32,000 bases of DNA from Desulfocapsa sulfexigens DSM 10523 (lineage in GTDB: Bacteria > Desulfobacterota > Desulfobulbia > Desulfobulbales > Desulfocapsaceae): NCBI RefSeq assembly GCF_000341395.1, contig NC_020304.1, forward strand, positions 960,001-992,000. Direction: 5' to 3'. Positions 1 through 10,366 of the stretch are shown one piece after another. The notes under the pieces are model-generated. The model searched no databases. It was given only the letters and a program-made list of their open reading frames with translations, and was not told where the DNA came from. The position numbers were made by a program, and so were the translations under genes. How positions within the stretch are numbered: the stretch's first letter is position 1; every line of letters begins with the position of its first letter.

Positions 1-325
1 TCAGCACGAATCAGGAAGCTGTATCGTAATCTATTTGGTAAATGGAAGAAACGAGTGATGAAGACTGATCTTCAAGCCTCCATCTTCGATAAAATTACCA
101 TTAAAGGTGTATCCAACCCTGGCCTCTTTACCTGCATCCAAGTAGAAATCACCCATATTTTCTCAGTACCCCCCAGGTTAAAAACCCCGATTACTCTTTG
201 TAACCATACCTGGTGACAGGCTCTGAAAATACGCCAAAACACCTTCACTGTCAATAGACCATAAAAGACTGTTCTGCCCTGCAGACAAACGTAAAAGACC
301 GAACTACATATTGCTGAAAACCAAC

Positions 326-1678
326 TTATTCCAAACCTAATTTTTTAATCTTCCGCCATAAAGAAACTCGGTCAATCCCCAGAGCTTTAGCGGCTTCGGT
401 CTTGTTGAACCCTGTTTCCTTAAGTATCCATTCAATATAGGATTTTTCTACCTCTTCCATACTTGCGTACTTTCCAGCACTTTTTCTGAAGGTCTGGATA
501 TCCAAATTACGAAGGTCATCCGGTATTTGAGCAAGACCCAGAGTATTGCCAGTAGCAAGGGCAACTCCTCGTTCGACTATATTTTCAAGTTCTCGAACAT
601 TTCCTGGAAAGTCATAATGCTGTAGGGTATCAAGCACATCCTGACTTATCTCGGTGATTTGTTTTCTCATTGAAGAATTATATTTGTCGAGAAAAAATCG
701 CACAAGAAGTGGAATGTCATCTTTGCGATCAGAAAGGGGTGGGATTTTTAAAGAAACAACGTTGATCCGGTAAAAAAGATCCTGTCTGAAATGACCGGAT
801 CTTACCTCTTTTTCAAGGTCCCTGTTGGTCGCTGCAACAAAACGGACATTCACCTTCACCGGTTTCGTCCCACCAACTCGCATTACCTCCTGCTCCTGTA
901 ACACTCTCAGGAATTTAACCTGCATGGACAGCGGCATTTCTGTGATTTCATCTAAAAAAAGAGTACCGCCATCCGCCATCTCCACCAACCCCTTCTTGTC
1001 CTGATCGGCGCCAGTAAAGGCGCCCTGGCTATGTCCAAAAAGCTCATTGGTCAACAACTCCTCACTGAAGGCTCCGCAGTTTATTGACAGCATTGTCTGT
1101 TCATTTCGAGGACTGGATCTGTGAATATATTTAGCCAGGAGCTCTTTTCCGGTACCTGACTCGCCACTGATAACTATATTAGTGTCTGTACCGGCTACCT
1201 GTTTGGCTACCTCAAGAAGTCCCTTCATTAAATGGTTGTGAGTCACGATCTGCAACTGGGATTCCTGGCAAGCAGATTCCTTTCGCAACTCCTCAACCTC
1301 CTGAATAAGCTGATATTTTTGAACAGCCTCAAAAACAACCTTGCGAACCTCTTCCAGTTTAAAAGGTTTGGTGATGTAATGATATGCTCCTGCTTTTAAG
1401 GATTCCACTGCAGAGTCGACGGTGGAAAACCCGGTAATCATGATGACCTCGGTTTGCGGGTATAATGATTTAACGCGTTTTAAGACCTGCATTCCATCAA
1501 CCTGTGGCATTTTGAGATCTGTCAGGACCAGGGGAAACTCATTTTTTTCCAAATAACTCAATGCCTGTTTCCCGCTCTTGGCTGCAACCACCTGGTATCC
1601 CTCTTTCCTTAAAACATGACAGAGGTTTTTTAAGGCCACTTCCTCATCATCAACAACTAAAATATCAACTTCCGACAT
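326..1678 (-). CDS. Sigma54-dependent response regulator (REC + AAA+ + Fis-type HTH)
   Basis: ORF of 450 aa. REC domain with the LVLTDLKMPQVDG phosphoacceptor region, AAA+ Walker A GESGTGKE, sigma54-contact motif GAFTGA, Walker B GGTLFLDEI, and a C-terminal Fis-like HTH (NKTEAAKALGIDRVSLWRKIKKLGL). Confidence 0.96.
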   Translation of the reverse strand: MSEVDILVVDDEEVALKNLCHVLRKEGYQVVAAKSGKQALSYLEKNEFPLVLTDLKMPQVDGMQVLKRVKSLYPQTEVIMITGFSTVDSAVESLKAGAYHYITKPFKLEEVRKVVFEAVQKYQLIQEVEELRKESACQESQLQIVTHNHLMKGLLEVAKQVAGTDTNIVISGESGTGKELLAKYIHRSSPRNEQTMLSINCGAFSEELLTNELFGHSQGAFTGADQDKKGLVEMADGGTLFLDEITEMPLSMQVKFLRVLQEQEVMRVGGTKPVKVNVRFVAATNRDLEKEVRSGHFRQDLFYRINVVSLKIPPLSDRKDDIPLLVRFFLDKYNSSMRKQITEISQDVLDTLQHYDFPGNVRELENIVERGVALATGNTLGLAQIPDDLRNLDIQTFRKSAGKYASMEEVEKSYIEWILKETGFNKTEAAKALGIDRVSLWRKIKKLGLE

Positions 1679-3075
1679 CAGGAAATCTCCCCGGCAGGAA
1701 GAATGATGGTGAACACCGCTCCCTTGCCCGCACTATCAACAGTAATTCGACCACCATGCTGAACAATAATATCGTGAACTATAAAGAGACCAAGACCGGA
1801 TCCCTGCCCTGTATCCTTAGTCGTAAAAAAAGGATCAAAAATCTTTTCCTGCATTTTTTGGGGAATGCCCGGGCCATTATCGCTGATAGCGATTTTCACA
1901 TCTCCATGATTCTTCCAGGCTCTGATTATTATCACCCCCTGACCGTCCAAGGCATCAATACCATTTCTCAAAAGATTAATGAACACCTGCTGAATTTTTT
2001 GTTTATCTGCAAAAATCTCAATCTCATCAGACACAGCCAGTTGGATTTCTATGTTTTTTAAAGATTGCCCTCGAAGCAGATCTAATATCTCCTGTAAAAG
2101 CGGCTTGAGCAGGTAATGATTCCTTTGGAATTTTTCTTCCCGGGCCAAGGACAACAAGGTATGGACAATAGCTGCGGCACGATTGGCTTCCGCACTTATC
2201 TGCGCAACTAATTCAAGGGCAAAGATATCATCTTTAGCATCAAGCTCCTCGGCAAGAATCTGTGCTGAACTGGATATGTTCGAAAGCGGATTGTTGAATT
2301 CATGGGCCACACCAGCCAGCATGGTACCCAAAGAAGCAAGTTTTTCAGATCGCACCAGCTGCTGTTGACGAATTTTAAGCTCCCGGCTCATCCGGTTAAA
2401 CGCATTGACAAGGTTATTAATTTCCTGGTCTGAACCGACGTTTGGTAATTCCACAAAATTTCCTGCGGCAATCTTTGCAGCATGTCGTTCCAGTTGCTGC
2501 AGAGACGATACAATTCCCTTCCCCAGTAAAGCAGCAACAGCGCTAAAAAACAGGACGAAAACTGGCAATCCACCTAACAGACTATTTCTGATCAAAGCCA
2601 AAAGACGATGGATGGTTCGATGTTCCCGAACTATAAGTTCTTCCGTCAGGGTAGTAAGACGACTTCCCTGCTCACGAATTTTTTCCGCTATTAAATCACC
2701 ATCGGCCCCAGGGTCTTGGAATTGCACAAAGGTCGCCTTATAAACATCAAGGGCGTGTTGAATCTCAGTAATTTCTGCAAAAGAACTGAGTCTGACAAAA
2801 AGCTCGTTGTTTGTAACCAACTGACGGCTCACTGCATCAAGATACTCCAGCCACCGCTCCATGGACTCCTTATCACGATACAATAAATAATTCTTCTCCA
2901 TCAGCCGCACTTCGAGGATATCTTCTAAAAACACATCCGCCTTTTCAATGGTAAAATGTTTCTCTTCCACCACACGAACAATCCAATAGGTAATACTCGA
3001 ACTGACGATCATAAAAGCCAGCAACAGATAAAACCAGAAAGTTATTTTACTGCGGATACCACCGGGTTGACGCAT
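1678..3075 (-). CDS. Membrane sensor histidine kinase (TM, HAMP, HisKA, HATPase)
   Basis: 465 aa with two hydrophobic segments, a HAMP-like linker, the H-box [15 protein letters not shown] and an ATPase with DNGPGIP and [10 protein letters not shown]. Overlaps the response regulator start. Confidence 0.95.
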   Translation of the reverse strand: MRQPGGIRSKITFWFYLLLAFMIVSSSITYWIVRVVEEKHFTIEKADVFLEDILEVRLMEKNYLLYRDKESMERWLEYLDAVSRQLVTNNELFVRLSSFAEITEIQHALDVYKATFVQFQDPGADGDLIAEKIREQGSRLTTLTEELIVREHRTIHRLLALIRNSLLGGLPVFVLFFSAVAALLGKGIVSSLQQLERHAAKIAAGNFVELPNVGSDQEINNLVNAFNRMSRELKIRQQQLVRSEKLASLGTMLAGVAHEFNNPLSNISSSAQILAEELDAKDDIFALELVAQISAEANRAAAIVHTLLSLAREEKFQRNHYLLKPLLQEILDLLRGQSLKNIEIQLAVSDEIEIFADKQKIQQVFINLLRNGIDALDGQGVIIIRAWKNHGDVKIAISDNGPGIPQKMQEKIFDPFFTTKDTGQGSGLGLFIVHDIIVQHGGRITVDSAGKGAVFTIILPAGEIS

Positions 3076-3143
3076 ATTCTCCCTCCTAGAAGTAAACCCT
3101 CATCACCAGACTACCGTAAAAACAGTCCACCATACAACCATGC

Positions 3144-3158
3144 GTTTCATAATGCAAC
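3144..3158. promoter_or_regulatory. Candidate activator-binding palindrome, site 1 (GTTTCA-TAA-TGCAAC)
   Basis: Imperfect inverted repeat in the histidine kinase/USP intergenic region. Matches the site at 3230-3244 in both half-sites apart from one base. Confidence 0.5.
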
Positions 3159-3229
3159 AAGACGTTCTATATTGAAACTGAAGCCATCAGCTACGTATTT
3201 AGGGGCTAAGCAACACCCAACCAGGGACA

Positions 3230-3244
3230 GTTGCAATATGCAAC
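3230..3244. promoter_or_regulatory. Candidate activator-binding palindrome, site 2 (GTTGCA-ATA-TGCAAC)
   Basis: Perfect 6-bp inverted repeat around 3 bp, about 80 bp upstream of the sigma54-like promoter. Confidence 0.55.
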
Positions 3245-3310
3245 GCACCATCTTTTTTCAGCACAAGAAAATACGACCTTTTTACAATAACTTAGCCTCA
3301 AGCCACTTCC

Positions 3311-3325
3311 TGGCACGGGATATGC
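3311..3325 (+). promoter_or_regulatory. Sigma54 (-24/-12) promoter
   Basis: TGGCACGGGATATGC against consensus TGGCACGRNNNTTGC: GG and GC correctly spaced, one mismatch outside the invariant bases. Located 80-95 bp upstream of the operon's first start codon. Confidence 0.8.
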
Positions 3326-3404
3326 TTAAGCACATGCTTAACAACGGGCCAATATACCTTGTAAAGAAAGCAAACTCCCGGGAAGATTAGTGCAGCAAAA
3401 AGCC

Positions 3405-3806
3405 ATGAGTAACAAAAAGGTGCTTCTGGTGGTCAACTCTTCATCGCTACATGAAAAGTTGATTCTCCATGGCATAAATCTGAGCAGGAGAATGGATGCC
3501 TCTCTGGAGATTCTTCACCTGTTAGATGAAGAGTCTGGCGACAGGGCAACCCAAAGCTTCAAAAAAAGTATAAAAAAGATCCATTCTGACCAGGCAGTGG
3601 GATATATCCAACTTATAAAGCACAGAGGCCTAACCACTGAAACCGTTGAATATGCTCAAAACAGGAGGAACATCCTTTGTGTGATGCTCTGCCTGAAGGG
3701 CAAAGGACTTCCAAGTAAAAAAGGAATCCGCCAGGAAAAATTCGAGGAAATAACACAATTACTTAATTGCCCCGTGGTGCTCTATACAAAGAGTCCAATT
3801 GGCTAA
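3405..3806 (+). CDS. Universal stress protein-like (UspA superfamily) small protein
   Basis: Predicted start MSNKKVLLVVNSSS within ORF 3390-3806. N-terminal beta strand followed by an amphipathic pattern and a LNCPVVLYT ending typical of Usp proteins. Confidence 0.6.
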   Translation: MSNKKVLLVVNSSSLHEKLILHGINLSRRMDASLEILHLLDEESGDRATQSFKKSIKKIHSDQAVGYIQLIKHRGLTTETVEYAQNRRNILCVMLCLKGKGLPSKKGIRQEKFEEITQLLNCPVVLYTKSPIG

Positions 3807-3826
3807 CAAAATTTGGAGGATAGAAA

Positions 3827-4069
3827 ATGAAAATTCTCATTGGCATTACCCAGGATGTGGAAGCAACGAAAAACAAATTATCAACACAATATAAAGGTCT
3901 AGGTACATCCACCGAGGCCGGCCCATTTAAAACAAAAGATGAGGCCTTAAACTGGAAGAATTTCATGATAAACAGGCGGGACAACTATGTGGAAATCAAA
4001 ACATCAGCCCCCTCTGGCAGTGAAGCCTACTGGTTCGGTATCACAGTTGAAAGCCCGGAAACCCATTAA
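3827..4069 (+). CDS. Small conserved-looking hypothetical protein (80 aa)
   Basis: ORF in tight operon spacing; AGGA-rich region before the ATG. No family recognised. Confidence 0.6.
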   Translation: MKILIGITQDVEATKNKLSTQYKGLGTSTEAGPFKTKDEALNWKNFMINRRDNYVEIKTSAPSGSEAYWFGITVESPETH

Positions 4070-4098
4070 GCTCACCACAAACAGAGGACTTACACATC

Positions 4099-5280
4099 AT
4101 GAACACCCCCTACCTACAGGCCCATATTATCCGCAAGCTGGCCCCATTCAAGGTTGATGGCCTGGCAATCCCTTATCCGGAGTTTGTTCCCAAACTCTAT
4201 AACCTCTGCATGACCCTCGGCTTTCGTAAAGGGCTGATCATGCCATCCCGGGCGTTTTGTTCCGATGAAAACCAAGGATGGCCCATCATTCTCTTGACCA
4301 AACACTTTAACACATTCCCCTTTAATCATGGCCGAGTTGGTGGCATTGTCGCTATTGACCGTCACGGTCCCCACGCTCACCACGGAGAAGATTCGGTGAT
4401 CGTCCAGGCCAGTCATGTTGGCTACGACCCTGCAACAGGCGGTTACGGAACCTGTACCCGACCAAAGATGGAGGGAACCTGCACCTCAGTTTCCTGTGGT
4501 AAGATTACACATGTAATCACTCCCTATTTGGAACAGTATTACTTTGCCAGAGAACGTATTTTTCTCCACCGGGACGACAAAGGGAACCATTTGATCACCG
4601 TAAAGAATTCATTTATTGATTTTGATATCCATCCGGTGGCAAGCGGCTTGGTTCTCAATCTGGAAAACATCGTAAAACCAAATAGTGACGGCAAAATAGA
4701 GCCGATTGCTGCTATCAGTACCAGTCAAACCTATGAAGTGTCTGAAAAGTTTCGCAAGAAGATTGATGCCACAGGATATGTTTGGAAAGAGGGTGACGGA
4801 GAGAAGATTGGAGCTCACCTCAGTTCCGACCTTTTCTATTTTCGGGAGGATTTCCACGAACAGGATGAGTCCATCCTCCTGGAAAAAAACCTTATTGAAT
4901 TTATGCCCACCATTGTCACTTCTCCTGCGCCACCACTGCGCGCAGCCAAAGTCAACATACAGCTCGAATTTGCCAGAACCATGGAATCCATTCGCCGCGG
5001 GACTGAATATGCAGGTAAAAACCTTCTCTATATAGCCGGACTCAATATCGACATTTCAGAGCATGAGGAATACCCGGCCACCACCTATTTTGTTCCCTGG
5101 GCCGCCTATATCCAACTCAAAGATGGAACGCCCGCAGAGTATGCCCATCCTGTCGAACAGGATCGCCTCTTTGAACTCGTCATGGCTCAAGAAAGTGAGA
5201 ATCCCGAACAGGCAGACCTCAAGGAACAAATTGGAAGGATGTTGCGGACACCCCGCTTTGATATTCGCTCACCCAAATAA
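4099..5280 (+). CDS. LCIB/LCIC-like (theta-type) carbonic anhydrase-like protein
   Basis: 393 aa containing SRAFCSDEN (C54, D56), a His in QASHVGYDP (H106) and a Cys in CTSVSCG (C133). This order and spacing resembles the Zn/catalytic residues of the LCIB_C_CA family. Confidence 0.6.
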   Translation: MNTPYLQAHIIRKLAPFKVDGLAIPYPEFVPKLYNLCMTLGFRKGLIMPSRAFCSDENQGWPIILLTKHFNTFPFNHGRVGGIVAIDRHGPHAHHGEDSVIVQASHVGYDPATGGYGTCTRPKMEGTCTSVSCGKITHVITPYLEQYYFARERIFLHRDDKGNHLITVKNSFIDFDIHPVASGLVLNLENIVKPNSDGKIEPIAAISTSQTYEVSEKFRKKIDATGYVWKEGDGEKIGAHLSSDLFYFREDFHEQDESILLEKNLIEFMPTIVTSPAPPLRAAKVNIQLEFARTMESIRRGTEYAGKNLLYIAGLNIDISEHEEYPATTYFVPWAAYIQLKDGTPAEYAHPVEQDRLFELVMAQESENPEQADLKEQIGRMLRTPRFDIRSPK

Positions 5281-5360
5281 TATTACCACATAATAGATAA
5301 AGCAATTGGCCCGGACTGAACGCCGGGCCAATGGATATTAATTTTTCAGGAGGGAAATGA

Positions 5361-7316
5361 ATGGACACTTTGTTTGTGTCAATAGCCGTGATTATTGCCG
5401 GAGGGGTGGCAGGACTACTCCTTTACCGGCAATTTACCCTGATGAAGCTGGTGGCAATTGCTACAACTTCAGCAGGTTGCGGAATTGGACTTTTTTTCAC
5501 ACTACCGAATTTATTTAGCAGTGCAGCGTATACTGTTTCCTACAACTGGCTGCATGTCTGCAACCTGGCCTTCAGCATTGACAGTGTATCGCTCTTCTTT
5601 TTGATACCTATTTTTGTCATTCCACCCCTGGCACTGATATACAGTTTTCATTACCTTGAAAATAGTGCCAAGAAGTTCCGGGCAGGAGTCAACTATTTCT
5701 TCTTCAGTGTCCTGGTCGCCTCCATGGCCCTGGTGGTTATGTCCGCCAACATGATTACCTTCCTTCTGGCCTGGGAATTGATGAGTCTCTCTTCCTTCTT
5801 TCTGGTCATGTACGACTACGAGGTTGAAAGTAATCGCAAGGCAGGTTATCTCTATTTTATTTTTGCCCAGGGCGGTGCCATGCTTCTCTTTGCCGCATTT
5901 GCCCTCATTTACAGCCATACAGCAAGCTTTGATTTCACCAGTTTTGCCACCATCCCGGATCAGGTCAAGCTCTATGTTTTCATTATTGCCTTCCTGGGTT
6001 TTGGATCTAAAGCTGGTATATTCCCCCTCCATATCTGGCTACCTAAGGCCCATCCCGCAGCCCCCAGTCATATCTCGGCCATTATGTCCGGGGTAATGAT
6101 CAAGATGGGAATCTACGGCATCTTCCGGATTTACCTCCTCCTTGACACACCGACGCCCCTCATCGGCCAGATCGTACTGGTTACCGGGATGGTCACCGGA
6201 ATCCTTGGCGTAGTCTATGCTCTCGCTAAGCAGGACATCAAATCAATGCTTGCCTATAGCTCGGTGGAAAATATTGGTATCATCCTTATTGGACTCGGTA
6301 TTGGAATGGTGGGTGTCTCGGAACAGAATCAGGCCATGGCCTTTTTCGGTTTTGCCGGGGCCATGATGCATGTCTTCAATCATTCAATCTTCAAATCATT
6401 ACTCTTTATGGGGGCAGGAGCAGTACTCCATAAAACGAAAACCAAGAACATCGAGGAACTTGGAGGCCTGATGAAACGAATGCCCTTCACCGGGCGAACC
6501 TTTCTGGTCGGCTCTGTCGCCATCTCCGGCCTGCCGCCCTTCAGTGGATTCATCGGTGAATTTCTTATCTATTACGGTGCATTTCAAGGACTCTCAAGTC
6601 AAAAACTGCCTTTCATATTGATCGTTTTGTCCATTGTTTCTCTTGCTGTTATCGGTGGATTAGCTGCTGCCTGTTTTACCAAGGTAGTGGGCCTGGCATT
6701 CCTTGGAGAACCCAGAACCGAAAATGCGGCAAACGCCAAAGAGTGTGGAATGTCCATGCGATTAGTCATGGGTGTCATGGCCCTTGCCTGTCTGGCTGTT
6801 GGTGTCCTGCCGGAACCATTCGTCAACCTGGCATTTCTGGGGATAGCAAATATTCAGACGGCAGCAGGATTCAGCACTGCCTCTTTTATCGTTATTATCC
6901 GCAACATTTCACAAACTGCAGCCCTTTTTATTGGTATTTTCATTCTGGTCAGCATCCTGCGTAAGGTGCTGTATGCCCGAAAAGAAATCGGCAGCGGTGG
7001 CACCTGGGGCTGCGGATTCACCCAGCCCACCGTCCGCATGCAGTATACAGGAGCGTCCTATGCAGATGAAATGGTAAGTTTCTTCAAACCCTTTGTGCCC
7101 ATTACAACTCTGTACAGTGGCATCAGAGAAATCTTCCCCGGCCAGACCACCTGGAGCATCAGGGTGGCAGATATTGCCGAAAGCAATTACCAGCGCTTCC
7201 TCACCACGCCCCTGTTGAATTTTGTGACCAGGATGAAATGGATTCAGCATGGCAACATCCAGCTGTATATCGGCTACATTATTGTGGCCATTGTGGTCCT
7301 GCTTCTCTTTTTATAA
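5361..7316 (+). CDS. HyfB/NuoL-like proton-translocating antiporter-type subunit
   Basis: 651 aa, very hydrophobic. Typical antiporter-core motifs SKAGIFPLHIWLPKAHPAAPSHISAIMSGVMIKMGIYG and LAYSSVENIGII. Confidence 0.9.
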   Translation: MDTLFVSIAVIIAGGVAGLLLYRQFTLMKLVAIATTSAGCGIGLFFTLPNLFSSAAYTVSYNWLHVCNLAFSIDSVSLFFLIPIFVIPPLALIYSFHYLENSAKKFRAGVNYFFFSVLVASMALVVMSANMITFLLAWELMSLSSFFLVMYDYEVESNRKAGYLYFIFAQGGAMLLFAAFALIYSHTASFDFTSFATIPDQVKLYVFIIAFLGFGSKAGIFPLHIWLPKAHPAAPSHISAIMSGVMIKMGIYGIFRIYLLLDTPTPLIGQIVLVTGMVTGILGVVYALAKQDIKSMLAYSSVENIGIILIGLGIGMVGVSEQNQAMAFFGFAGAMMHVFNHSIFKSLLFMGAGAVLHKTKTKNIEELGGLMKRMPFTGRTFLVGSVAISGLPPFSGFIGEFLIYYGAFQGLSSQKLPFILIVLSIVSLAVIGGLAAACFTKVVGLAFLGEPRTENAANAKECGMSMRLVMGVMALACLAVGVLPEPFVNLAFLGIANIQTAAGFSTASFIVIIRNISQTAALFIGIFILVSILRKVLYARKEIGSGGTWGCGFTQPTVRMQYTGASYADEMVSFFKPFVPITTLYSGIREIFPGQTTWSIRVADIAESNYQRFLTTPLLNFVTRMKWIQHGNIQLYIGYIIVAIVVLLLFL

Positions 7317-7349
7317 TCAATTAAGAACTAACGATTAGGAATACAACCA

Positions 7350-8267
7350 ATGGAATCTATACTGTCATTTTGTTTTGCGGTTCTGATCGCACCCCTTCTG
7401 CCTGCTGTAATTCAGAAGGTCAAGGCCTATTTTGCCGGGAAGCAGGGTCCCCCCCTGCTGATCAACTACTACACCATGTTCAAGCTTTTTAAAAAGGGCT
7501 CAGTTTATTCAACAAGCACCAGCTTTGTCTTCAAACTTGGACCGGTGGTTGGCTTTTCCACCAGTCTCATGATGCTCCTCTATTTCCCCATGGCAGAGAT
7601 TGCACCAATCTTTTCCTTCCATGGTGATGTGTTGATCCTCTTCTACCTCATGGGACTTGGCCGATTTTTCACCATCCTTGCGGCCCTCGATACTGCTTCC
7701 CCTTTTGAGGGAATGGGTGCTGCCCGTGAAGCCTTTTTCTCCACCCTGGCTGAAATGACCATCTTTGGCATCCTCATCCTCTTCTACAGATTAACTGGAA
7801 GTTTGAGCTTTAATGAATTTTTTTCCGGCAATCATATGATCAGCCTGATTGGGGAATACGGCGCATTGCTTATTCTTGTTGTTGTGGGACTCTATATTGT
7901 TATGTTGACGGAAAACTCCCGGGTACCGGTGGATGATCCAGCTACCCACCTGGAATTAACCATGATTCATGAGGTCATGATCCTCGATCACAGTGGTCCG
8001 GATCTGGCGCTGATCGAACTGGGAGCCTGGTTTAAACTTCTTTTTTATGCCGGTTTCCTTGCACGAATCATCGATCCCTTCCACGCAGACAATATTATCC
8101 TTAACGGACTGATCTTTTACGGGGTGGTGACTTTTATATACATCACTATCGGTGTTGTTGAATCAATCACTGCCAGATACAAAATGCCTATGGTGCCAAA
8201 ATTCATCCTGACTCCTTTTATCCTGATCTTTTTCGTCACTATACTCACCATGGGAGTTCTCCAATGA
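7350..8267 (+). CDS. HyfC/NuoH-like membrane subunit
   Basis: 305 aa. NuoH/HycD-like core LTENSRVPVDDPATHLELTMIHEVMILDHSGPDLALIELGAWFKLL. Confidence 0.9.
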   Translation: MESILSFCFAVLIAPLLPAVIQKVKAYFAGKQGPPLLINYYTMFKLFKKGSVYSTSTSFVFKLGPVVGFSTSLMMLLYFPMAEIAPIFSFHGDVLILFYLMGLGRFFTILAALDTASPFEGMGAAREAFFSTLAEMTIFGILILFYRLTGSLSFNEFFSGNHMISLIGEYGALLILVVVGLYIVMLTENSRVPVDDPATHLELTMIHEVMILDHSGPDLALIELGAWFKLLFYAGFLARIIDPFHADNIILNGLIFYGVVTFIYITIGVVESITARYKMPMVPKFILTPFILIFFVTILTMGVLQ

Positions 8268-8920
8268 TTCAAATATCCGATGCATTACTCTCCTTAACTG
8301 TTTTATCAGTTTTATTGTCACTGGGTTCCAACAGACTCATGGCTCTAGTCAAGATCATGGCCTTTCAGGGAATTGTTGTCTCCCTCATTCCACTCTTTTT
8401 GGAACAGCACTGGCCCATGAGTACCGGCTCTGTATTTTTTCTCCAGATAATGCTTTTGATTAAGGGCTTGCTCATACCCGGATTTCTTTACGCAGCCGTC
8501 AACAAAATCAAGATCAAGCGAGAAGTTGAACCGATTATCGGCTACAACGCCTCCCTTATCTTCGGGCTGAGCTTTATTCTCATCGCAGCCTTTATCACGG
8601 ACCGCCTACAGATCTCCCTGCCGATGGAAAACAATCTGTTAATGATTACTGCCGTGACAACTCTGGCTGCCGGCCTCTTCCTCCTCATGAGCCGTAAAAA
8701 AGCAATCACCCAGGTTATCGGCTACCTGATGATGGAAAATGGTATTTATCTCATCGGCACGGCCCTGGCCAAAGAGACCCACACCATGTACGTAGTTGAG
8801 TTTGGTGTACTGCTCGACCTGCTGGTTGGCATCATGATCATGGGCATCATTCTCCATAATATCAATTCATCCTATGACGATGTGGACACAGCGCTCCTGG
8901 GTAAATTAAAAGACAATTAA
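8264..8920 (+). CDS. HyfE-like membrane subunit (NuoK-like)
   Basis: 218 aa, overlaps the previous ORF. Multi-TM with MMENGIYLIGTALAKETH, typical of HyfE. Confidence 0.85.
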   Translation: MIQISDALLSLTVLSVLLSLGSNRLMALVKIMAFQGIVVSLIPLFLEQHWPMSTGSVFFLQIMLLIKGLLIPGFLYAAVNKIKIKREVEPIIGYNASLIFGLSFILIAAFITDRLQISLPMENNLLMITAVTTLAAGLFLLMSRKKAITQVIGYLMMENGIYLIGTALAKETHTMYVVEFGVLLDLLVGIMIMGIILHNINSSYDDVDTALLGKLKDN

Positions 8921-8935
8921 TAAAGGTGTTATAAA

Positions 8936-10366
8936 ATGTTAGAGCTTACAATACTCATACCGCTGCTTACCGGAGGGTTTGCAATGTTTCTGCCGGCCCG
9001 CCTGGGACGCGGCCTCCTGGTGGTGACAGCATTGCTCCATCTGCAGCTGACCGTCATGGCATGGATGGGCAAAATTGTCCCCTCCTTCCCTCAATATTTT
9101 GTAGTGACCAACGAAGGAATGCTTATCCTGCTGGTCACCTCATTTGTCTTTCTCTTTATTTCTCTCTATGCCGTTTCCTATATGAAAGAAACGGAAATCA
9201 CCAGTGAACCGATCTACCATGGCTGCACCCTGTTCTTCCTCGCCACTATGACCATGGTAACAATGGCCGATCACCTGATTGTTCTGTGGATTGCCATTGA
9301 GGCAACAACCCTGATGAGTGCGCCGCTGATCTTCCTCCACCGCTCCAAGACAGCCCTTGAGGCCACCTGGAAATATGTGATGATCTGTTCGGTTGGAATT
9401 GCTCTTGCTCTGCTTGGTTGCTTCTTTGTGGTTCTGGCCATGGATCTTGGTAATGTTCATGCTCCAATCACCTTCAGTTCCCTCAGAACAATTGCCACTG
9501 ATCTTGATCCCCTCTGGCTCAAGGCCGGGTTTATTTTCCTGGTTATCGGTTATGGCACCAAGATGGGTCTTGCCCCCATGCACACCTGGCTGCCGGATGC
9601 CCATAGTGAAGCACCAAGTCCTGCCTCAGCTCTGTTATCCGGAGCTCTTTTAAACTGTGCTTTCCTTGGCGTCTATCGTGCGCATCAACTTCTCTATCAG
9701 GCTGGCCTTGGTGATTTTTCCAGTAAAATTCTCGTTGGCTTCGGTCTCCTTTCCATGCTCATAGCTGCCATCTTCATTTTTAACCAGACCGGTTATAAAC
9801 GAATGCTGGCTTATTCCAGTATTGAGAATATGGGAATTATCGCCTTTGGTATCGGTATCGGGGGATTAGCAACCTATGGTGCAATGCTCCACCTCATCCA
9901 CCACTCACTGATCAAGTCATCACTCTTTCTCTCAGCCGGTAATGTCCTGCTGGGATACGGCAGTAAACTCGTGGATAAAACTGGAAACATGGCCAAACTC
10001 TTCCCCAAAACCTTCACCGCCTTTTTTGCCGGCTTTGCCGGGATATCGGGTTTTCCACCCTTTGGTATCTTTGTCAGTGAAGTGCTCATAATCATTGGGG
10101 CCTTTCAGCAGGGAAAAAATATCAGTGTCACTATATTTATCTTTGCTCTTATCCTTATCTTTGCCGGGGCTTCCCGCCTCGTAACCAGGATGTGTTTTTC
10201 TCCCTGCGAGAATCCAGACATTCTGGTTGAGGAAAATTGGGCCAGAACTCTGCCTTCTTTTGCCCTGCTCGCGGCATCCCTTGCTCTCTGTATCTGGCTG
10301 CCCGACAGCCTGTACCAGACAATCCTTTCGGCAATTGCCACAATCGGAGGTAGCATCAATGGCTAA
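8936..10366 (+). CDS. HyfF/NuoN-like antiporter-type subunit
   Basis: 476 aa. Contains GTKMGLAPMHTWLPDAHSEAPSPASALLSGALLNCAFLGVYR and LAYSSIENMGIIAFGIGIGG. Confidence 0.9.
   Translation: MLELTILIPLLTGGFAMFLPARLGRGLLVVTALLHLQLTVMAWMGKIVPSFPQYFVVTNEGMLILLVTSFVFLFISLYAVSYMKETEITSEPIYHGCTLFFLATMTMVTMADHLIVLWIAIEATTLMSAPLIFLHRSKTALEATWKYVMICSVGIALALLGCFFVVLAMDLGNVHAPITFSSLRTIATDLDPLWLKAGFIFLVIGYGTKMGLAPMHTWLPDAHSEAPSPASALLSGALLNCAFLGVYRAHQLLYQAGLGDFSSKILVGFGLLSMLIAAIFIFNQTGYKRMLAYSSIENMGIIAFGIGIGGLATYGAMLHLIHHSLIKSSLFLSAGNVLLGYGSKLVDKTGNMAKLFPKTFTAFFAGFAGISGFPPFGIFVSEVLIIIGAFQQGKNISVTIFIFALILIFAGASRLVTRMCFSPCENPDILVEENWARTLPSFALLAASLALCIWLPDSLYQTILSAIATIGGSING

Noticed and set aside
72-254. 60-aa ORF at the left edge
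   Set aside because: No homology recognised, no clear RBS, and located at the window edge; not supportable.
2956-3390. Plus-strand 144-aa ORF between the kinase and USP genes
   Set aside because: It overlaps the kinase 5' end antisense and covers the region with the sigma54 promoter and palindromes. Composition is not protein-like.
4099-7316. DabA/DabB (DAC) inorganic carbon transporter pair
   Set aside because: The partner of the NuoL-like protein is 393 aa and LCIB-like, not the much larger DabA (DUF2309). Additional HyfC/E/F/G/I-like subunits follow, unlike a DAB pair.
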